Below, in pieces: positions 23,101 to 34,678 of a DNA stretch of 36,157 bases. The translations under genes were made by a program, and so were the position numbers. This stretch comes from Phoronis australis (taxonomy: Eukaryota; Animalia; Phoronida). The notes under the pieces were generated by a model, which worked only from the letters and a program-made list of their open reading frames with translations, was not told the DNA's origin and did not search any database. Positions within the stretch are counted from its first letter, which is position 1. The number at the start of each line of letters is the position of its first letter. The stretch lies in assembly GCA_002633005.1 (NCBI GenBank), contig NMRA01001242.1, positions 1-36,157 of the forward strand, in the 5' to 3' direction.

Positions 23101-26100
23101 NNNNNNNNNNNNNNNNNNNNNNNNNTCCCACTACTCAATATCGCTGCAGGGCTGCTTAGAGGCTCTGGGCTGGAGAAAACAGCACAGGGCGAATCACTAC
23201 TGGTTCCAGGAATGGCACGCTCTGGGGTACGTTCGGAGGCATGGGTGACAGTGGATGAAGTGCCTCCACTGGCTCCAGTCACTGTACTGGCCACAGCTCG
23301 CGAGGCTTCTCTCTTCAAAAACGCACTTCTCGGGGGTGGCGACGGGGCACTGCCGGGAATCAACACAGACGGAATGGCATCCTTTTTCACAGGGACTTTC
23401 ATCAGTTCAGCGTACAAATCCCTTTCGTAATCGGACGGCAGAAAGTGCATGCCACACACACGGTAATTCTCGACTGCTTTGTACGTTGCGTGGACGGGTA
23501 ACGCTGCGTTCTTCACACGAAAGAGCCAAGTACGGCGAAGTGTGTCATCCATCGGAAAGCGATGCTAAGGTACTCCCAAAGCGCGCGTGATACGATAATT
23601 AGTACATTCAGGTACGCAGCAACAGTGTGGCATGTTGACTGACTAGTAAATGAAAGCAAACCACGACGTAACTTAACACAACCGAGGTAGAACAATGATT
23701 GACTCGGCAGCTCTCACAGTCAGACTATATGAAAAGAAATTGGCGCGAAATGCTTGCCTCCTAAAACGTCACATCCGGAGTAGCGGACGAGTAATTAACA
23801 AAATTACGAAAAGCTGTAATTAAGTGGAAAATATGTCTAGGATAACCAACCAACCTTATTTTAGCTCAAAATGACATGAAAAAAAGTTGCCTTCGCCTTT
23901 AAGAGTGACTACACGAGAACATCAGACACAGTAGGAATGTGACTTATGACAGATTTTTCGACATGTAGCTTTGAACATCTAGGTGGAATGATTAATAACT
24001 GAAGTGTTTTTACTATCAAATTTTTAAAATTGACACTTTGTCTATGATAACGCCACTTCTTTCATTGGCAGGTTATCATAACAAATAATGTTACTAACGT
24101 AACGACACCGTTTCCTGTGTATGCCTGGATAGAGGCCGTGATGAGAATTCGGCCTGGCAATGCTTTGTTACCGTTCCAAGAAATCAGCGACGAAACAAGG
24201 AAACTTCGTAAAGAGGAGATAAAGAGGCAAAAAGAGGTGTACCGGTACAAAGAAGGGAATGCCACTCGGCCTGGATACATTGAAATAGAGGCACACGAAA
24301 ACCTGCCCAAATTTGTACGATTCTTTGATGCGAAACAATACGATATCCAGGTACGAAGTTTGTGCATAACATAGGTTAACATGACCTCTTGATCGTTGAA
24401 CGAGACGAATAAGTTTGATGCTATAATAAATGTACACACAAAAGTATGATAAATGTCATTTAAAAACAATTGCTCATGTATCTAATAGTCCTAAAAAGGA
24501 CTATTAGGTAAATGAGCAATTGTTTTTTAAAGCGACATTATTGTTTTTGCGGCCGAGAAATGCGTTGTTGGGACTGTTGTAGGACAGTATAGACTTATGA
24601 AGTTATAATAACCAGAGCAACAAAACCAGAAAAATCTGTTGTGTTTTTGTTATTACAAATCGTCGAGTCTCCCCGAAGTCTGCCAGACAATTGCTGAATT
24701 GTAGGCTGTTTCCTTAAACAGTTTAATACGCTCAAAATCACGCTCAACACATTCGTCATTTTCCGTACGACGTTGTAACGTGCATATAAGTAGAGCTTGA
24801 GAAACGTTTTTGGTGCCAAACGGGACCGTTCTCTTTTCTAACGGAATTTAAGGAACCGGACTGTTTTTCGATGGCATAAAACCATACAAGCGTATGCAGT
24901 GAAGATCAAATTTCTTGGCCTACACTGTGACCATTCACCACTAACTTCAATGCCCAAAGTATTCCAACGATTAGCCAGCGAATTTAATTTTTTATACTTG
25001 CTAAAGTTTCTTGTCACTTCTCTAAACTTGAAGGAAACCCGTTTCCAAGAAACACACTTTTTGACCAATCGTATCAATCTGAATACTTTAAAAGCCAGGA
25101 CGATTGAACATATTCTCGACATGCTTCTTTCACTGCACTAATACTCAAAGACAAAGTTTGGCCACGCCTTGTCGCCAAAGGGGAATGCTGCAGCACGTTA
25201 TTGTGATATGTAAGAGCTGCCTATTGTATCACGTACTGTGAGACTGTATTAAGTGGATAGAGAACTAATTCTACCGTAGTGATCAAACAGAGCCTATAAC
25301 ATCAATAGGGCAATAGTAAGCCAGTAGACAAAGCAGGTGATCTGTCGAGTCGTTTTAACGAACTCTGCTCCAGAGAATGCGCGCGTGTGTGTGTACGTGC
25401 GCACGTATTGGTGTACCGGAATATATATTGTATATACATATTACAGCACAACTTTGATGTGGCCAAGAAGAAGTTTGGAATCAGCACATTGATAGAAAAA
25501 CTGCACACGTGGGATAAGCCCGAGCATGTAGCGCATATTGGTATGAGGTAATACAGGAAACGTTTTACAGTCACCCAAATCGTTTGAAGCATTTATTGTT
25601 GGTTTTGCGGTACAGGATGACAGGTATTACTCACTTCATGCCAATTTTGAACGTGTTTTGGCCAATTAGCTGAATACAAAATCTATTTTGCACATTTGTG
25701 ATCAATATGATGAAAACCCAAACAACCCCTTACTTGAAGATGAATGTTTGAGGTTCTACTATTAGGTTGGAACCCAATGGCTTGGTTTTTGATAGTGTTC
25801 ATGAGTCGCTTATGACTCCGTGACCTAATTAGCGGAAGTGACGCTGTGGGCATATTTCAACATCGTCGGCCAGGGCAGAGTTCAAATACCGCTAAAACCT
25901 CACTAGGAAAGCAAGACTTCACTAGAGTACGCGAGACATTGCAGTGTACGGTACTTTAAATGAGAGCACGTGATTTTGGCTGGTTGCGTCAGCTGTATTA
26001 CAAAAAGCGTAATGTTACCGTTATATTCTTACTAAAAGTCGTCGAAAAACAAATCATGTGGTAACCACAGAAACTTATGTACCCTTGTCAGGTTTATGTG

Positions 26101-29100
26101 GTTAATTGTGTGGGAAGTACCTGATAGCCTGTCTCAAGTCATTTTGGGAGNCCTCCAATATTGTTTTGAGAAAACACAGCACTCGTACCTTGGCCTATTT
26201 GCCTCACAGTTATGTCTATACTTGCATTAAAACTTATAGACGAGCCTCCTCCCTTACTAATAATCGACGTCTGTGGTTACTCGCCTCAGTGTTTTGTGCC
26301 TCTGTCTTCATGTATGTCTGTACATACTGATGATATCCGAAGATATCATTCAAGTAGAAAATCTTCATCGACGTCGTGGTCGTCAGTATTGTCGTCGTTG
26401 TCGTTGTCATAGTTCAATCCGTAATTCCTGTCGACTTTCGGAAGCGAACGCTCTGCGTCAAGTTTGTTTCATGGGCGACTTAGATCAATTTGAAAACGTT
26501 GCACGTGCGCGTGATTATGAGTTTGGATCCCTTGAGCAGAACTGAACCAGACCAAAGAGTTGCTGATTCCAACTATTACAAACTACTTTATTTGATCCTA
26601 ACGGCCAGTATAATCGCAGCTGAAAACGTTTTTAATGGAAAACCATTATAATTGTTCAAAACAAATTTAGCTAGCTCGAATGACTGTCAACCTTGACATG
26701 ACGTGTACGCAAACAGTGTGTAATAAAGTTGACTCATTTTCCGTGTGCTTTAATCCCCAGTTCTAAGTATTGTTTTATGTGTATTAAGGTTTACTTCTGG
26801 TGAAGATTTGGAGTTTCAACAATTTTATCTTGAGAAGTGGGACGATGATGTTGTATTCGGGACTATGGTTTTGAACGGACCAAATCCTGTCATGATCAGG
26901 AGATGTTCCAAACTTCCGGAGAACTTTCCGGTTACCAGTGACATGGTGAACAAATCTCTACAACGCAATCTTGCTCTGGAGGCCGAGATGAAGGTAGGGA
27001 AGTGTTCTGGTATAAGAATAGGTAATTTCTTCTCAATCCACCCATCTTTTGGTATTCATGTCTTTCCTCTTTTCTCTGAGGCCGTGAAAAATGTGGCACA
27101 AATAATTCAAAGTACCAATAGATGCAACTGTGTCTAAATTGTCATTCCCGGAAAATATTCTCTGTGAGGAAGAAGCTTCACCAGTCTCGAAATGTGGCCG
27201 TCCTTTTAACCCTTAGTTATAATGTTTATTGGAAAATTGCTCTAAATCTATGTTCCTTACAGTAAATGTGTGTATCACGAATTTGGGCTATAGTTTGCTC
27301 CGTGTTCTCTGTATGTAAGGAGGACCCTGTGTCTTAAAACGATTTGTCACCATCAACAAACGTTTACCACGACACCTGTTATATATCTATCACTTGAACT
27401 ACGAAGATGTGGATGGTATGAAGTTTGAGTACGTGCATGTAGATAGAGTGACGCCATGGTCTATATTTTTCAGGAGGGACATGTCTATATTCTAAACTAC
27501 GAAGATTTGGTTGGCCTTGGGAGATTCAGGAAAGGAGAGGACGTCCGTCACTGTGCCAATGCCATAGTGCTCCTCTACGTGCGCCCTTCCGGTCATCTGG
27601 TGCCCATCGCCATCAAGCTGGACCAGGACGACGGACCGATCTGGACCCCAGAGGACGGTCTTGGATGGACCATGGCCAAGATGTACGCGAAGAACGCCGA
27701 CGTTCAGATTCATCAAATGGGAAGCCATCTGATGGGAACACACTTGGTGATGGAGGCCGTGATAATGGCCACATTGCGTAACTTGTCCAGTGTCCACCCC
27801 ATCTACAAGCTTCTTCTGCCGCACACTCGCCTCACCATCGCGATCAATACCCTTGCCAGAGCGAAACTAGTTGGACCTGGCGGTGTAGTCGATAAGACCT
27901 TTTCCGTTTCAGGAGGTTAGCTTAATTTTGAAGTTTACTTCATGCCAAGTCCAATGAAAGAGATAAATTCAGACGAAATCTTGTGACGTAAAGCAACCAA
28001 AATGTGTATAACGCTCGTCAGTGTACAATGCCTGAAATGTGGCCAATTTATTTCGGCAGTACCTTCAACATTGTTGTAGGAAGCGGGCAGATGATGACGG
28101 GTGCCATTGTTAAATGAGTGTTGACGTGTTCATCGTGAACAATGTTCGTACAACAAAGGTTTTATTTGTTACCGGGAAGTCATTACTAATAAGGGACAAG
28201 TATTTTTACGTGTTTTTGAACGTGATTTGAGAACGAGCTGATCAAATTGTCAACAATATAAATATTATCGACTACATGCACGCAGCACCGGTGTGACAGA
28301 AAAGTGACATTTTATCTATAACTAGCATCTTTCGAATAGGTTTCAGGTATACCGCGGATATCAAAAAAGCTGACTCGGATTTCGGAAACTCTGGACAACC
28401 AATCTATGCGAATTCAACTGTATTTGATTTCAACGCCATCACACTAACGGTATCCCCCGTACGCGTGTAGGAACTTCTAACAGCCAACATTTTAGAAAAA
28501 TCACACTTGTAAGCCAAAGAAATCGGCCACAGTCTGTGGACAAATATCTTTTCTTTCTAATGACAATAAATATTTTATTTTCAAAGCTTCTGCAATTACT
28601 TTGGCGGATAACCCGACAAATCGTTGTTTAGACACCTGGCCCTTTTTGATAATTTTTGTTCGTTTTTTTGATTTTGCTTGTACACACATGCAAACTTCAA
28701 GTTCTGGCAGCGCCTCGTCGAAGAGACCGTGAAGTGCTCATATGCAGAAATTAAGTGATCCAAATTTTGACTGTGTAATTAGCAATGGCAGTAGAACAAA
28801 TTCATCTATCTACGCACCAATATAAAATAATCATTTGTATGCGAACACAGGGCAGCTTTGTAGTTGATCTAATGAGTATGGCTAAATGTTCCAGGTTAGT
28901 GACAAACTGGCGATAAAACCTACTTGTCCTATGCATGCTGTTGTTGCAGACGGCAATCACATCAAGTTAGTCGAGAGATGTTACCGGAAGCGTTTCCAGT
29001 GGAATAACCTTAACATCCCAAACGAGCTCGCGAGTCGTGGCGTCGAGGACGCCAAGCTACTTCCCAACTATCACTACCGTGATGACGCGCTGCTGCTTTG

Positions 29101-32100
29101 GGACGCCATCTTGGAATATGCCAGACAGATGGTTGCTATTTACTACACGTCAGACCGTGATGTGATAGCAGACGATGAGCTGCAAAACTTTATGAAGGAG
29201 GTAAGCACAGGTATGCCGGTAGGTCTGCCGAAATGCCGTCTATCAATTTCCTCCTGTCGTTATATTAACGCCTCATAGTATCTCTCACTAAGCCTTAGTT
29301 TGTCTTACAAGCTGATAATCGGTGATTTATCTCCTCAAATTTGTTGTACTAGTTTTGAGTCTATACATACCGTTATATAGACATGTCTGTTGTGCGCGAC
29401 TAAGTATATCAGTATTGATTGTTGTGTTCACACTTCTCAAATTTATTGAATTACCTCTACTGCTTGTGTGTGACTTCAACTCCACTTGGAGGGCTTCCCA
29501 TCCGCTGAAGGTGATCTTGACAAGCAGTGTCCAGACAGCGTCCGTACAGTGAGCGACTTGACCACCACCATGGCTATGATCATTTTCACCTGCTCTTGCC
29601 AGCATGCGGCTGTCAACTTCGGCCAATTTCATCACATGTCGAACCCACTAGCTTATCCACTAGCGCTTCGCGAGCCTCCTCCGCAGGTTAGTTTTCTACT
29701 GGGCTCCGTGGTAACCTAGTATGCAGCATGCAAGTATGAGCACGTGTGTACTGGAATGAGAATGGGAACCAATGACAAAACACTCTTTTACTTTCATTAG
29801 CGCATAGAACTCAAGCCCCGGAATGCATCTGCGATGTTAGATGGATATTTTAGGAGCATTACATTTTCTGATTGTTCCATAAAGGCGAATTCGTCTATGT
29901 CAAAAAAATTCAAGCAATCGTATAATCCTCGGTGGTTATATATCTCTCCGGTCTGTGAAAGTGTCGACTCAACACACTCACTAACATGTCGGTCCCACTC
30001 AGTCGGCGGTGTTCGTCTCTGGGACCTATTTCCCAATGTCTCATATACCTCTTTATATAATACGTTAGCAACAGTGAGGTAGCAGATTCCACTTCGAGTA
30101 CTAGAATCTGAATCAGGGCTCTTGAGGTATTTTCAAAACAGAAGTGAAAACTTGCAGAAAAGTATAACACTCCCCAATCGACGGTCTCTCTATCGGCTCG
30201 ACCGTTACCAGAAAAAAACTGTAACGTAAACATTTCAACCGATTAATGTCATAGTTTGAAAAGTTCCCATCCTAAATTTAGTCATCAGTTAATGACTACC
30301 TGAATAATACCTCTACGATTACGTGTACTAAAGTACGATTGTCTTTAAAATATGCCCCCTATTATTCTCCAAGATACCATTTGGCAGTTGAGGGTGCGAA
30401 TTACTGACTAGCATATGCGCGCACCCGGTGGGGGGAGGTCGGGGGGGAGGTCCGGAGGGCGAATGCACAATGCATAGGCCTTGAACAAACCTCCGTTTAC
30501 CTTTTTTGTTTTAGTAATAAGGTCCAAAAACCCAAAAATTCGAGACCCCTGCATCCTTACATGTTAGATTGGACGCGCGCATGTGGCAAAATTCTGGTTA
30601 TTCCTGTGCCCTGTCTCCCTAACTCAAAATCCTGGATCCATCCCTGGATATAAGCTGCATAAATGGGTTCAGCAGAATTTATCCTGTACAAGACAAACGT
30701 AACAAATAGAGGTATTTTAATCGTTGTCTCTGTGAAAGCGACAGCAACGAACCCGTCATATTTCTATTTGTTGTCATAATTTTTCAAACTAAGGGTGTGC
30801 CTGAAGAGCGAAAAGTGTATTTTTTCGTAACAATACTTTCCGTTCAACATTACAGCTGCAGTTATTCGAGAAAATACGCGGCGACGCCGCAAAATGGTAA
30901 TGGCACTGCTATAGACCTTATTCACGCAGTAGTGAGCCTCTTTTTATGTTTAAAAACAATACATTTGAGACATGAATATAACGAGGCAGGCGAAAAATCA
31001 CGCTTTGCGCTGTATTAAGCGCAAAATGCATTGTTTTAAAACCTAAAAAGAGGCTCACTACCAAAATGGCGACTGCGTGAATGCGGTGTATGTTGAGAAT
31101 GCGTAAAAACACACGTGCATTATACCAACGGCTTTCCTCAACACAATTGTTATGTTTATACTATTCTTTCGAAATGATTTTAGCTTGATTCGCTTTCTAT
31201 TATGTAGCACAAGCGCAACTTCCTAGTAGAGGACATCATGGCCGCCCTGCCAGACGAGATGTTAACTGTGGCCGCGGTTGGAATGACGTACGCCTTGACG
31301 CGGTATAGTGACACAGAGGTAATATTCAAAATACAGTGCACGTGTTCATACCTGAAGTTTTTCATGTTTCGTGCGCCGTCACAAAGTAAACATTACGCTA
31401 TCAGGCTGATAAATACTAGAAGTAAATGTTCATTCCCCTTAGGGTGTGAGCTCAAGCTGGGGTATCTTTTGCTATGGCGGCCTCGTTACGAGAACGCAGT
31501 GTCTCAGATAATGTGTTTACGTTTCAGCTACCTGCATGATTTCGAGCAGTGATGAGCGATTGGAATGTGTCTGGGCATTCGTTTATTCCAACTTTTGCAT
31601 TTTTATCATTTAATTAACAAACCGGGCACCAGCATATTAACTGACATACCCTTGCGAAGTGAGTTCATTGCCTGAGTGAAATGTTTTTAATTTACAATGA
31701 CTGGACTTGATTGACTTCGCCGGTTCTTCATGGTCAACCGGCTAAGACATTTGATTGGCTTGTTAGCCAGAAGACTTCATAGAGAACCAATCAGATAGAT
31801 TGTCCGATTGACCCGGCGGAGCCGGCGAAGTCAATCAAGTCCAGTCATTGTTATCTTTTAATCGAAAATTCTCTCACGCATTGATTGGATTCCATTGTCT
31901 CAGTAGAGTTACCGAAAAATTTCAAATGTACGAACATATCCCCCGATATATTGTTTTTTAGAGTTCAAAAAATTACTTGTCAAACATAGCGCATAACCTA
32001 AAATATGATACAGAACAACACCAAATTTAGATATTACGAATAATTATTAACAAAGACCCATGCATACATGGCAAATGACTATTGCTATCATTGCACACAT

Positions 32101-32282
32101 AGGTGTATTTGGGTGATTTCCCAGAGGAACTGTTTGTCGAAGATGCAGCCAAGGTGGCTCAAGCAAAGTTCCGGCAGAATCTCGGCGATATCTCGACAAA
32201 AATCAAAGCAAGGAATGATGGAAGAGAGTTCAAGTATTTGTATCTATTGCCTGAGAGAGTACCATCCAGTATCGCTGCTTGA
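20169..32282 (+). CDS. Animal-type lipoxygenase (PLAT plus non-heme iron catalytic domain), 11 predicted coding exons, ~679-683 aa
   Basis: Phase-consistent exon chain with GT-AG introns (intron 8 acceptor ambiguous). Motifs GTDNNVY, FPVYAW, NGPNPVMI, WTMAK, HQMGSHLMGTHL, HPIYKLLLPH, INTLAR, YRDDALLLW, QHAAVNFGQ, PERVPSSIAA*. Confidence 0.93.
21232..21323 (+). CDS. Lipoxygenase exon 2 (start of PLAT domain)
   Basis: tttcag| GPVYTAEVYTTDEKEWKRTGTDNNVYLSLR G|gtgaga. Confidence 0.85.
22124..22284 (+). CDS. Lipoxygenase exon 3 (PLAT domain)
   Basis: aag| VHGVTERVLLDKRWHDDLEAG...DVGDL...DDWRLDK |gtgagg; phase 1 in, phase 0 out. Confidence 0.9.
22418..22562 (-). mobile_element. ~150-bp MITE, family A copy 2 (intron 3)
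   Basis: Reverse complement of 17375-17520 (shared AAAAAGCAAGACTTCGCGA core). A more decayed third copy lies near 25880-25980. Confidence 0.8.
22580..22655 (-). mobile_element. tRNA-derived SINE head or pseudo-tRNA
   Basis: Minus strand GGCAGTGTGGCCCAATG (A-box-like)...GAGGTCGTGAGTTCGAGT (B-box-like) with tRNA-like spacing, but no proper acceptor stem. Confidence 0.55.
22718..23898 (-). mobile_element. Kolobok-like DNA transposon (internally deleted or gapped) in lipoxygenase intron 3
   Basis: TTAA on both flanks (22714-22717, 23899-23902), AGG...CCT termini, ~145-bp imperfect TIRs, and an internal THAP ORF. Confidence 0.85.
23125..23633 (-). pseudogene. THAP zinc-finger ORF with a premature TAG (transposase N-terminus)
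   Basis: MPHCCCVPECTN...GVP*HRFPMDDTLRRTW...RVCGMHF...YERDL...KKDAIPSV shows the C2CH THAP signature and an AVPT-like box. The stop is at 23565-23567 and the ORF runs into an N gap. Confidence 0.88.
24072..24350 (+). CDS. Lipoxygenase exon 4
   Basis: ggcag| VIITNNVTNVTTPFPVYAWIE...LRKEEIKRQKEVYRY...LPKFVRF...YDIQ |gtacga; 279 nt. Confidence 0.92.
25447..25547 (+). CDS. Lipoxygenase exon 5
   Basis: ttacag| HNFDVAKKKFGISTLIEKLHTWDKPEHVAHIGM AG|gtaata. Phases (0 in, 2 out) fit both neighbours and the exon fills the expected length gap. Confidence 0.75.
26789..26993 (+). CDS. Lipoxygenase exon 6
   Basis: FTSGEDLEFQQFYLEKWDDDVVFGTMVLNGPNPVMIRRCSKLPENFPVT...EAEMK |gtaggg. Confidence 0.92.
27474..27915 (+). 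CDS. Lipoxygenase exon 7 (two Fe-binding His)
   Basis: ttttcag| EGHVYILNY...LVPIAI...WTMAKMY...HQMGSHLMGTHL...HPIYKLLLPH...INTLAR...FSVSG G|gttagc. Confidence 0.95.
28950..29200 (+). CDS. Lipoxygenase exon 8
   Basis: ttgcag| DGNHIKL...SRGV...LPNYHYRDDALLLWDAI...DDELQNFMKE |gtaagc. Confidence 0.93.
29480..29686 (+). CDS. Lipoxygenase exon 9 (HAAVN); acceptor ambiguous (start at 29480 after CAA, or 29492 after GAG)
   Basis: (LHLE)GFPSAEG...IIFTCSCQHAAVNFGQF...LREPPPQ |gttagt. Confidence 0.88.
30412..30585. mobile_element. MITE resembling the 2455-2705 element
   Basis: CATATGCGCGCACC / GGACGCGCGCATGTG inverted termini, G-runs and an AAGGTCC motif. No clean TSD. Confidence 0.55.
30912..31090. 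mobile_element. Palindromic MITE (~180 bp)
   Basis: TAGACCTTATTCACGCAG...GTAGTGAGCCTCTTTTTA is mirrored by TAAAAAGAGGCTCACTAC...CTGCGTGAATGCGGTGTA, with TA at both ends. Confidence 0.75.
31208..31318 (+). CDS. Lipoxygenase exon 10
   Basis: tgtag| HKRNFLVEDIMAALPDEMLTVAAVGMTYALTRYSDTE |gtaata; 111 nt. Confidence 0.9.
31695..31850. mobile_element. 156-bp MITE with TTA TSD (PIF/Harbinger-like target)
   Basis: Perfect 29-bp TIR CAATGACTGGACTTGATTGACTTCGCCGG, with TTA at 31692-31694 and 31851-31853. Confidence 0.88.
32103..32282 (+). CDS. Lipoxygenase exon 11 (terminal)
   Basis: catag| VYLGDFPEELFVEDAAKVAQAKFRQNLGDISTKIKARNDGREFKYLYLLPERVPSSIAA*. Confidence 0.93.
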   Translation: MYLGDFPEELFVEDAAKVAQAKFRQNLGDISTKIKARNDGREFKYLYLLPERVPSSIAA

Positions 32283-34082
32283 TGACATCTATGTTAACTT
32301 CAAGAGTATCTTATAAAGAGTAATGACGACGAGGTGGCTTAATGTTTGAAAATAGCTTTGAGGTTTTTAATTTTACTAACTCTACGCCGTTTAATTAAAT
32401 TTTATATTTATCGCATACCTGTTAAGGACGTATCTTATGTTTATTTTAAAACAAATGTATTAATGTTTTCAGTGTTTGCAATGAAATATTTAAAAAATAG
32501 TTCATTTTCTATAATTGTTCTTCAATGAGAGGTGCTGCATTTACGAAGCCACTTGTAATACGTTGTGGTTATTTAAGTGAGACCTGTCAATCGAAAACAA
32601 ATGTCAGCCAAATTTCTCTCACTGTGCAAAGCTCTCGAATAACTTCTCCACAAACATAAACCCGCCGCAGAAATGGGTTATTGCTAAGAAGTCGTTGGAG
32701 AGATCGTATCTGTTGATGCATGTCTGCAGTAGTGTTTATTGCTACCGCTTGGAAGTTTCTTGTAGTAAATTTTTTTAGTATTATAGTCATTCTTACTATG
32801 TAGGGTAAACAGTTACTTATTAGCCCGACCTACTTTTGTTGGAATGGTCGACTAAGCTCTCGTAAAATCAATAAGCCTGACGAAATCGTTCTTTTGTGAT
32901 ATAGGTCGTTCAACCCATTGTGACCTACTGCGTGCCGGGGTCAAACGTTATCACATAGTTGAAAATGTTCTCTTGTTTGCGGCGAACGAGCTCGTTGAAG
33001 CGATGCTGGTCACTTGGTTTCGTTCCCCGTTCACGGGAAGGCCTGCAGTTTGGTGAGGACTATAAAAAGACCAACTGTATTTGCACTGTGCCGGATTCAG
33101 GGTCTGCAGTGCCCTAAGCTATCAGAATTCCGGCGACGCCACTTGCCGTTAGTGAGGCTAGTCTAGTTTTTGCACAAAACTTAAATAGCACACGGAATAA
33201 ACTTATCAAACTGAAAGTTGTGGAATAACCAATGTATTCCTACCGGGAAAGCTGTCTCTCTAGTGAGCATTTATACGAATGTACACCTTAAGCTTATGCG
33301 CGTTAACGGCGTGACAACTATAATAAATAGATGTTTTTACCGTATATGGGTGTGTTATTAGCCGGGGGTGCTGCGCCATGTGAACATTTTGACGAGGCCG
33401 AAGGCGCAGTATGAATAAGAAAGAATTCGAGGCCAAATTTATAGCATAAAGAGGGCGAATTCAAATGCTCGCTTCTTAGACGGAACGTGGGTTTATTACC
33501 CGCTCGACCCGAATTTGGCGAGTAAGACGGTTGAAATTCAAATTAAACCGATTTTTGTATGTTATACATCGACACCAATCATGCGCCTAAACTTAGTGTT
33601 AACAATTAAAAATAACAACAACAAAAACAAATCCGTTGGGATCAAATGGATACAACGAACTTCTCAACAGAGCCCCTACACAGAGGTGCATTCCACAAGA
33701 TCGCTGTTGGAGTAGCACAGTAAGGCTGAAGGGATACAATATGATACAGTGGAAACTGGGAAAAATAATACAAATATTCCCTCCAGCGCACGTAAATTAA
33801 GCCCCTATGAATAAAACTTGACATAAAAACATGCAAAATCAATTATTCAAGCTAATATAAAGGCACTGACCTAATTTTCGGGACCATAAAAATGACTGTA
33901 TTACAACTGAATATTGCAGTCAAACAGGGTGCCATGTTCTGGTAAGCAGTTTGACCCCAGACTGATTAGATCACTTGTTTGAACAAATAAATATCAATTC
34001 TTTTCAATTACAACATCTCAGTCTTCAGTTCATTATGTGACAAAGTAGTCACGCCGCTATTAAGGGTTACGCAGACTTTTTT

Positions 34083-34678
34083 CCTCCTCACAACATCCTT
34101 CAGTCATCAGCCAGTGCTTGTGCTACTGACAAAAGGATCACCCTGTGTTTTATTGACGTGACCCTTCATGAAAATTTGTAGACTCGAGTTTCAAAAATAC
34201 AACCGAATAAAATTTTGTCAAGTCATTCTCCACTAAATGTCTCCGTCCGAGTACGCGATGGGGTGTAATCATTCATGTCCGGTTTCAAAGTTTGACTGAG
34301 GGTGGCGATAATCCTGGCAGTTATCTTTCTGGACCACATCACACTCGAATTTGGGACCCGTTTTTGGAAGCACTGACTGGACATTGTCGTTCGCATTTCT
34401 GTTATTACGAATTCCGTCTCATCTCAGAATCGTGGAGCCAAGAGTTATCGTCGTGTACACACATTTCCCACCCCCGAGTTTAGCTGTGTAGAGGCGCTGC
34501 CTAAAAATCCACAGTCTCGACGTTTGCAACATATCATCGAATTCGAGACACCCCTCGAGCAAAGAGGGCAAGTGTCTGACACAAATAGTAGAAAGATTGA
34601 ACACGGAACTGTTGTTAAATATTGCTAAAGCACTACGTGAATCAGGCCCGAACCCCCTCCCCCCGCGGGAAAGGTACA
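34083..34678 (+). repeat. ~600-bp direct repeat, copy 2
   Basis: Near-identical to 6-611. Confidence 0.95.

Noticed and set aside
24081-24270. N-glycosylation sequons (NVT, NVT, NAT) suggesting a secreted lipoxygenase
   Set aside because: No signal-peptide exon was found, and the best first exon encodes a short polar N-terminus.
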